Shown piece by piece: positions 24,091 to 29,916 of a DNA stretch of 32,000 nt; position 1 is the stretch's first letter, and each line of letters starts with the position of its first letter. The stretch lies in contig CP064993.1 in the NCBI GenBank assembly GCA_016699955.1, positions 90,001 through 122,000 on the forward strand, in the 5' to 3' direction. Below the pieces are notes generated by a model. It worked only from the letters and a program-made list of their open reading frames with translations, made no database searches and was not told the DNA's origin. The DNA comes from Candidatus Saccharimonadota bacterium (GTDB lineage Bacteria > Patescibacteriota > Saccharimonadia > Saccharimonadales > UBA4665). Made by a program: the position numbers and the translations under genes.

Positions 24091-25172
24091 AGCAGCCCTC
24101 CAGGTCCCTTTGAAGTAGGACACTAGCCAGAAAGGCTAGTGCATATGAAACGGTATAGAAAAATCCCTAAAATAAGTCGATCCAAATCTACAATAGTAGC
24201 TATGGGTCAAAAGTATGGTCATTTAAGCTACGAAGATCGAGTAAAGATAGAGCATTGGCACAGGGGCGGCAAAAGTATTCGCTACATAGCGAGCGAGTTG
24301 GGGCGTAGCCCCAATACTATTAGTTATGAATTGAAGAATCTAGCGGTCTCTGGTGAGTATGTTGCTCGTAAAGCCAGTGTCAAGGCATACCAAAAACGCT
24401 ACTGGGCGCGTACATCGAGTAATAAGGTAGCAAAAGATAAGACACTGCGCCAATACGTTGACGACAGTCTCGACAAAGGCTGGTCACCTGGTGAGATCGC
24501 TGGCAGCAGTGACTGTCCTGTTTCAAAACGGACTATCTACCGCTATGTCACACTCTATTCCCTGCAGCACAAGCTGTACTTTAAGGGTAAGCCGAAACGG
24601 AGAAAGGCCATGTACCGACGTGGGCTCATTGGCGAACGTAAATGGATTGAGGAACGGATACTGTGCGACGAAGTTGGTCACTACGAGCTTGACTTCATTG
24701 TCAGCCCAACGAGAAGCGGCAGTAAAGCTGTCCTACTGGTGGCCGTCGACACCCTAAGCAAACGAACCCTTATCGAGCTGCTCCCAAACCGAACCAAAAA
24801 AGAGCTCTCACGAGCTCTGAAGCGGATGTTTGACGGCATTGTCGTCAAGACCATACTGACCGACAATGACATCGCCTTCACCTACTGGAAACATTTCGAG
24901 CAGCTGCTCGGAGCACCGTTCTTTTTCACCCATCCCTACCATAGCTGGGAGAAGGGCTTAGTCGAGAATACGAACAAATGGATACGTCACTTCATACCGA
25001 AAAAAACAGACCTGAGCACGGTTACCAAAGAAACCATCGCTACAGTACTAGCGTACCTAAACGAACGCCCAAGACAAGTCTTGGGCTACAGAACTGCGAA
25101 TGAAGTATACTTAGAGAGATTAACAATACAGGTTTAGTGTCCTACTTGGGGGTATCCTGTACGAGCCCTAGC
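24091..25172 (+). mobile_element. IS30-family insertion sequence, apparently intact (ends +/- ~40 bp)
   Basis: It carries a single transposase ORF. The terminal inverted repeats have a perfect 13-bp core: AAGTAGGACACTA at 24113-24125 versus TAGTGTCCTACTT at 25135-25147. Imperfect extension runs outward (CAGG...; GC.AG..CTC) to about 24091 and 25172. The transposase stop codon lies inside the right IR. Confidence 0.8.
24145..25137 (+). CDS. IS30 family transposase
   Basis: ORF 24139..25137(+). I start at ATG 24145 (MKRYRK). The N-terminal HTH reads HLSYEDRVKIEHWHRGGKSIRYIASELGRSPNTISYELK. The DDE core has ELDFIV, ILTDNDIAF and PYHSWEKGLVENTNKWIRHFIPKKTDLS, which is the classic IS30 C-terminal signature. 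Confidence 0.92.
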   Translation: MKRYRKIPKISRSKSTIVAMGQKYGHLSYEDRVKIEHWHRGGKSIRYIASELGRSPNTISYELKNLAVSGEYVARKASVKAYQKRYWARTSSNKVAKDKTLRQYVDDSLDKGWSPGEIAGSSDCPVSKRTIYRYVTLYSLQHKLYFKGKPKRRKAMYRRGLIGERKWIEERILCDEVGHYELDFIVSPTRSGSKAVLLVAVDTLSKRTLIELLPNRTKKELSRALKRMFDGIVVKTILTDNDIAFTYWKHFEQLLGAPFFFTHPYHSWEKGLVENTNKWIRHFIPKKTDLSTVTKETIATVLAYLNERPRQVLGYRTANEVYLERLTIQV

Positions 25173-25351
25173 ATCATAAAATAATAGTACCATAAATGAT
25201 TATGTGCAAATAAATGATCTAATCAGCTTGTTGCTGGCACCGCGCTGGGGTCATTTCTGCCACGGCATACGCCTGATAACTTCATAGCTCGATCATGAAT
25301 ATCTGAAGATATTTTGGTATTTTATAAATATGTAGTATAAATACTATACTT

Positions 25352-27625
25352 ATGGGATTTCGCAAATTCGTGGCCGTGGCAACCTTGGGTAGTGTTTTAG
25401 CCGGTTATGCGGGCTACAAAGGCCTCATCGAGCCAAATCAAATACCTGAAGATTTCGGCATCAGCAGCGTTGACTTTCCCATACCTCAGAAATTAGGGCA
25501 AACAGGCATAGCTGGGGGCGAAACAGGTTTAATCTGCGCTGCAGACACAAACCCCTGCACTAAAGCAAATGCACTTGGTGTCATGGCTACTGCTACGACT
25601 ACCGTGAAGACGGCGTATCAAGATATCAGTAATAAATTTGTTTCATCCCTAATTGCGGTTGAAGACAAAAACTTTCTTGCCAATGATGGATGCGATATAC
25701 AAGCAATTCTGAGAGCTGCAAGGGATTTTGGGCTAAGCGGTGGTTCGCGAGTACAAGGAGCCTCCGGTATTACTCGGCAGCTCGTCAGTAAAATCGACGC
25801 ATCACCTCGGCCACAAGATAAAAAAACACTCGATGCTATTGGTGCTGAAGGCGTCGAATGCCTTCAGGCTCGATACGTAGAGAAAGAACTACAAGCTAAG
25901 CTTGGCAGCAAGCAAGCTGCTAAAGACGTAGTCATTGAAGCGTTTTCAAACATTATCTCTTACGGTCGAGATGCGTATGGTATTGAAGCGGCTTCTAGGC
26001 AGTATTTTGGCAAATCTGCCAATAACCTTTCTTTGCCGGAAAGCCTTTTGCTAGTTGGCGTGATTAACGAACCTTCAAACTTTGACGTAAATTTTACCGC
26101 AGATTCGATTACACCCGAACGGTCAAGAATTTACGCAGATTTTAGTGCGTCGATAGCTTCGCAGCTCTCCAGCGATAATTCAACCAGTCAGCGCCGAAAC
26201 ATCACATACAGAGCACTCGCCACAGCTGTTGCTGATGGCACAATGAAACAGGATGTGGCAGATCAGATCAAAACCTACGCAGGGTACGTGTATGAGTCAC
26301 AGCGCTTAAGATACCGCTACGAAACAGTCGTCAACATTGCGGCCGATAACAATCCTAACCTGATAAGCCCAGACATGCGGGACTCATTGCTCAGAGCAGA
26401 AAATTTTCCGCTCATCATACCATATAAGCCAGTTGTACCTATGGGAATTAGTTTTAAGGGCGCAGAAAACATAAACGCTCAGCATTTCACTGATTTTGTT
26501 ATTAATAATTCGGCCGAGCTCTTGTCGGAAAAACTTGGCCGACCAGTCAACACACAAGAAGTTATGAGTGGGCGGTATACCATACAAACATCGCTTATAA
26601 CAGCCGACCAAGTCGCCATGAACAATGCTATCCAAAGCTACCCCCGTACTAAGTCGATAAACGGAGCCGGAGTAAGCCTCGACGAAAAGGGCAACATTGT
26701 AGCTATGGTCGGCAGTAAAAACTACGGACAGGTACAAACAAACATCGCCGTCGGCAAACTGGGTGGGGGTGGCGGACGCGATACAGGTTCAGGAAATAAA
26801 CACATTGCCTACGCCGTCTCGCTCGAAAATGGGGTTGATCCAAATGCACAAATCACTGTGCCTAACTCGGTTACAATAGAGCAACCGGGTCAACAGCCAT
26901 GGGTTGTAACTGGTCACACTGGTTGTAGCGCGCTGAAACTGCCCACACCTTGCAACATGACACCTTCCCAAGCACTAGCTACGTCATCAAATACGTGGGC
27001 AGCGGCCACTGTTAATAAATACGGCATACGCCAAATTGTCGACAAAATGAACGCGTTTGGCATGGTTGTCCCAGAGCCTTATGTACCCTCAATCATACTC
27101 GGTGCAACTGCAATGTCTCCGCTCCAAGAAGCAGTGGGCATGCGGGGCATCCTATCAAACGAGGGTACGGCGTTATTCTACGGCAAAACAGCCTGGTCGG
27201 CCATTAAAAAAATAACAGATAATACAGCGGACGGTAAAACGGTGTACGAACAGCCTGCGCCAACAAAAAAGGTTGTTTTTTCCACAGCAATCGCACTGGC
27301 AACAACCCAAGCACTAAAAACAGCCGTTAACCAACCCTACGGAACGGCATATGGCCAAATAAACTCTCCGTCTGGACCTGAAAGTGTTGCCGGCAAAACC
27401 GGCACGGCTGGTACGACGGCCGGCGAAAAAGATATTTGGTTTAGCGGTGGCGTACGAGACGCCGACAAAACACTGACGAGGTATTTTTCGTTTTGGGGCG
27501 GCCACGCAGATGCGGAACGTAGCATCGGCACAACCCTTGCTGGTGCCGATATGGCAGCCGTAGCCGGGCGGTACATTACAGGACGGCCTCACACTACTAC
27601 CCCTGCCGATATAGCCGCCAAATAG
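25352..27625 (+). CDS. Class A penicillin-binding protein (GT51 transglycosylase + transpeptidase), divergent
   Basis: ORF 25352..27625(+), 757 aa. It has an N-terminal signal anchor (FVAVATLGSVLAGYAGY). The GT51 motifs are IAVEDKNFLANDG, GASGITRQLV and VIEAFSNIISYGRDAYGIEAASRQYFGKSANNLSLPESLLLVGVINEPSNF. The transpeptidase part has SxxK-like GSGNKH, SSN and KTG (AGKTGTAGT). Confidence 0.85.
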   Translation: MGFRKFVAVATLGSVLAGYAGYKGLIEPNQIPEDFGISSVDFPIPQKLGQTGIAGGETGLICAADTNPCTKANALGVMATATTTVKTAYQDISNKFVSSLIAVEDKNFLANDGCDIQAILRAARDFGLSGGSRVQGASGITRQLVSKIDASPRPQDKKTLDAIGAEGVECLQARYVEKELQAKLGSKQAAKDVVIEAFSNIISYGRDAYGIEAASRQYFGKSANNLSLPESLLLVGVINEPSNFDVNFTADSITPERSRIYADFSASIASQLSSDNSTSQRRNITYRALATAVADGTMKQDVADQIKTYAGYVYESQRLRYRYETVVNIAADNNPNLISPDMRDSLLRAENFPLIIPYKPVVPMGISFKGAENINAQHFTDFVINNSAELLSEKLGRPVNTQEVMSGRYTIQTSLITADQVAMNNAIQSYPRTKSINGAGVSLDEKGNIVAMVGSKNYGQVQTNIAVGKLGGGGGRDTGSGNKHIAYAVSLENGVDPNAQITVPNSVTIEQPGQQPWVVTGHTGCSALKLPTPCNMTPSQALATSSNTWAAATVNKYGIRQIVDKMNAFGMVVPEPYVPSIILGATAMSPLQEAVGMRGILSNEGTALFYGKTAWSAIKKITDNTADGKTVYEQPAPTKKVVFSTAIALATTQALKTAVNQPYGTAYGQINSPSGPESVAGKTGTAGTTAGEKDIWFSGGVRDADKTLTRYFSFWGGHADAERSIGTTLAGADMAAVAGRYITGRPHTTTPADIAAK

Positions 27626-28162
27626 CTAAACCGCTTCTACCTTACACCTGCACCATCAGTTCGATATTACAAAGTATTCGCAGGGCTAGCCGAGCGGGGG
27701 CATAATTCCGAAGGTTAGTTCTTCGGATTTAAGCTTCATATTGTCGTCAATGACAACGGCGAACTGCTTGCTGTACGTATGACACCAGGTAATGTGTCTG
27801 ATGCCAATACCCCGTCGTCACAGGACTTACCAAAGGTCTGACTGGCAGGCTATTTGCTGACAAGGGCTATATTTCAAAGAACTTGTTCGCGAAGCTATGG
27901 AGACGAGGCTTACAGCTTGTCACAAACATCCGGAAGAATATGCAGAACAAATTAATTGATTCAAGCCAAGTTACTACTAAGGAAGCGGTTCATCATAGAA
28001 ACCATCAACGATCACCTGAAAAACAACGAACAGATTGAGCATACGCGGCATCGAAGCTTCGCAAACTTTACTGTAAACGTTATTGTTGGGCTTATCGCCT
28101 ACCAGCTTCAGCCAAAGAAACCAAGTATACGAGTTCCTAAGGTGATATTGTTGGGGGCTTAG
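27626..28162 (+). pseudogene. IS982-family transposase relic (5'-truncated, one in-frame stop, two frameshifts)
   Basis: Three frames must be joined. The first reads ...YKVFAGLAERGHNSEG*FFGFKLHIVVNDNGELLAVRMTPGNVSDANTP, with TAG at 27716-27718 where the family has Trp. A shift occurs near 27838 to LTGRLFADKGYISKNLFAKLWRRGLQLVTNIRKNMQNKL. A second shift occurs near 27956 to [53 protein letters not shown]. The pattern matches the C-terminal two-thirds of IS982-type DDE transposases as I remember them. The relic starts directly after the PBP stop codon. Confidence 0.75.
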
Positions 28163-28174
28163 GTCGGGTTGGGG

Positions 28175-28519
28175 TTAATGAGTCTTACGTCTGTATAATA
28201 ATGACCCGAGAGCCAGCCCAACTAGAGCGTCAGTTCCTAGGAGAGCGGTGCCTAACGGAGTTGCCTCGCGCAATTCCGCACGCGGTTGCCCAGACACCCC
28301 GCTCCTCACGGTCTCTAACGTAGTGACCACAGGTGATAGAAAATATTCACCTGTATCCCATTGATCGCCCAGCCAGTGCTGTACCGCCGAGGGTGGAGAT
28401 TGGATACGCCCTCTTAAATCATCCGCCACAGCGTAGGTTTCTGTAGCTGCCACTAAACACCCGAGTGCAAGAACCATCCTAACACCCGCCTCTACCACAT
28501 TCAAACCTCGTTCTGCCAT
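28175..28519 (-). CDS. Hypothetical small exported protein (114 aa) with C-terminal hydrophobic segment + basic tail
   Basis: ORF 28175..28519(-). GAGGGAGA lies upstream of the ATG. It has an N-terminal signal-like helix (VRMVLALGCLVAATETYA). The C-terminus is ...REATPLGTALLGTDALVGLALGSLLYRRKTH. Confidence 0.6.
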   Translation of the reverse strand: MAERGLNVVEAGVRMVLALGCLVAATETYAVADDLRGRIQSPPSAVQHWLGDQWDTGEYFLSPVVTTLETVRSGVSGQPRAELREATPLGTALLGTDALVGLALGSLLYRRKTH

Positions 28520-28676
28520 ATTCCGTCTCCCTCTTTAGTTTTGTATTCACTCATATATACACCCGCCTGTAGATAATGCAAGCTATATGTCGCTTATTTG
28601 TAAATATTACAATCTTATTATCTGCCGAGCGCTTGCCGGCAAACCGTTCATACTGTGGAAAAACCCCTACAGCGAG

Positions 28677-29201
28677 CTACCCTGTGACGAGGCATTGGGC
28701 GGTCAGTGCAGCATAATTGCGTTTACCATCTTGTGTGGCAGCAATTTCTACGATGTGTTTAGGATCCAGCGGTAGTTGTGCAATTTGACCTTTACCGGGA
28801 ACAAAATTAAAATTTGTAGTGATTTCAGGCACTGCAGGCACCGTTGCGCTATCAAAAAACCCCGCAGTTATTAGTTTTCCTTCCTCGGCCTTTGGCACAA
28901 CTCTGCTTCGCATAGCCTGTAGGCCGGCGAGAGGTATGCTACCGTCATATACACTTGCTGCGACGGCTATACGAGCGACAGACTTACCTCCTGCGAGATA
29001 AACGTTAAATTCAGCAAACGGACGGGCAGGATCAACTTTACCTTCAGGAATTCTTTTACTCAGCTCCGTCCTGCATGTAAGCGTTCGTGTTTCATATGAC
29101 TGATTATTTGAATCTGCTAGATACCATCCTGTCAATGCAGCTGTTACAACGAGCCCACTCCAAAAATTTCTCTTAGCTCTGCTTGTATGTCTTTCCGCCA
29201 T
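28677..29201 (-). CDS. Hypothetical membrane-anchored protein (174 aa)
   Basis: ORF 28677..29201(-). AAGGGAGAA lies upstream of the ATG. There is an N-proximal TM helix (FWSGLVVTAALTGWYLA). No recognisable domain. Confidence 0.65.
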   Translation of the reverse strand: MAERHTSRAKRNFWSGLVVTAALTGWYLADSNNQSYETRTLTCRTELSKRIPEGKVDPARPFAEFNVYLAGGKSVARIAVAASVYDGSIPLAGLQAMRSRVVPKAEEGKLITAGFFDSATVPAVPEITTNFNFVPGKGQIAQLPLDPKHIVEIAATQDGKRNYAALTAQCLVTG

Positions 29202-29216
29202 GGTCTATTTTCTCCC

Positions 29217-29774
29217 TTACTTATCTACGGTTGCGCGAAACTCAAATATTCGAGACCCGGCTGGAGACTCGCCCTGTGCTGTTGGCACGATGTGAAGTGT
29301 AATTCCACCTCTTAAAGGAACAGGATTGTCCTTGCCAGCGGTCGTCGACGAAATATTGGATTGCGCGTCGCAGCCGACAGCAAATACTTCGTCTGGCGTT
29401 TGCAACGTTGTTGCTGCTTCAACTGGTAAAGGTTTAGCCTGACACACCTGCACCCCGTCTTGACCAGCTCGTACCGCAACGGGGGTAGCACGGGCACCAC
29501 CAGGCAGCATAACAAGAACAGCTTGACTCGCCGCATCACCACCAAGAGCGAGTCTGGTTGCATGGTTCGCACCAGGGACTACGGGTTGAAAGTATGTAGT
29601 ATCCGCACTTTTGTCTGAAAAAAAGTAGTTACCACCCACAATTGCGGTTGCCGCAAGGGCACTCAAGAAAAATAAACGCCTAGGATTGAGCTGTCTCATA
29701 CCTAGTATTCCGTCCTCACCGCTAGCCGCATGGTGTTCTATTGCCATAGCTGTTTTCCATTCTTGTTTAGTCAA
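29217..29774 (-). CDS. Hypothetical membrane-anchored protein (185 aa)
   Basis: ORF 29217..29774(-). It has a TM helix (LFFLSALAATAIVGGNYFF). It lies 15 nt upstream of the next gene in the same direction. No recognisable domain. Confidence 0.65.
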   Translation of the reverse strand: MTKQEWKTAMAIEHHAASGEDGILGMRQLNPRRLFFLSALAATAIVGGNYFFSDKSADTTYFQPVVPGANHATRLALGGDAASQAVLVMLPGGARATPVAVRAGQDGVQVCQAKPLPVEAATTLQTPDEVFAVGCDAQSNISSTTAGKDNPVPLRGGITLHIVPTAQGESPAGSRIFEFRATVDK

Positions 29775-29916
29775 TCCAACGATTGCTATTGCCTAGTATA
29801 GTACAGCTATGTTGCGTGGCATGCAAGTACATTGCTACGCCAAAAAATATCGTCTCGCCCGAAATCTCATCAGACCGCCCCAGCATGTTTAATCCGATGC
29901 AATGCAACCTGTGATG

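Noticed and set aside
24091-28162. Composite transposon carrying the PBP
   Set aside because: The flanking elements belong to different families (IS30 versus an IS982 relic). One is degraded, and no matching outer inverted repeats are visible. This is reported only as an IS-bracketed locus.
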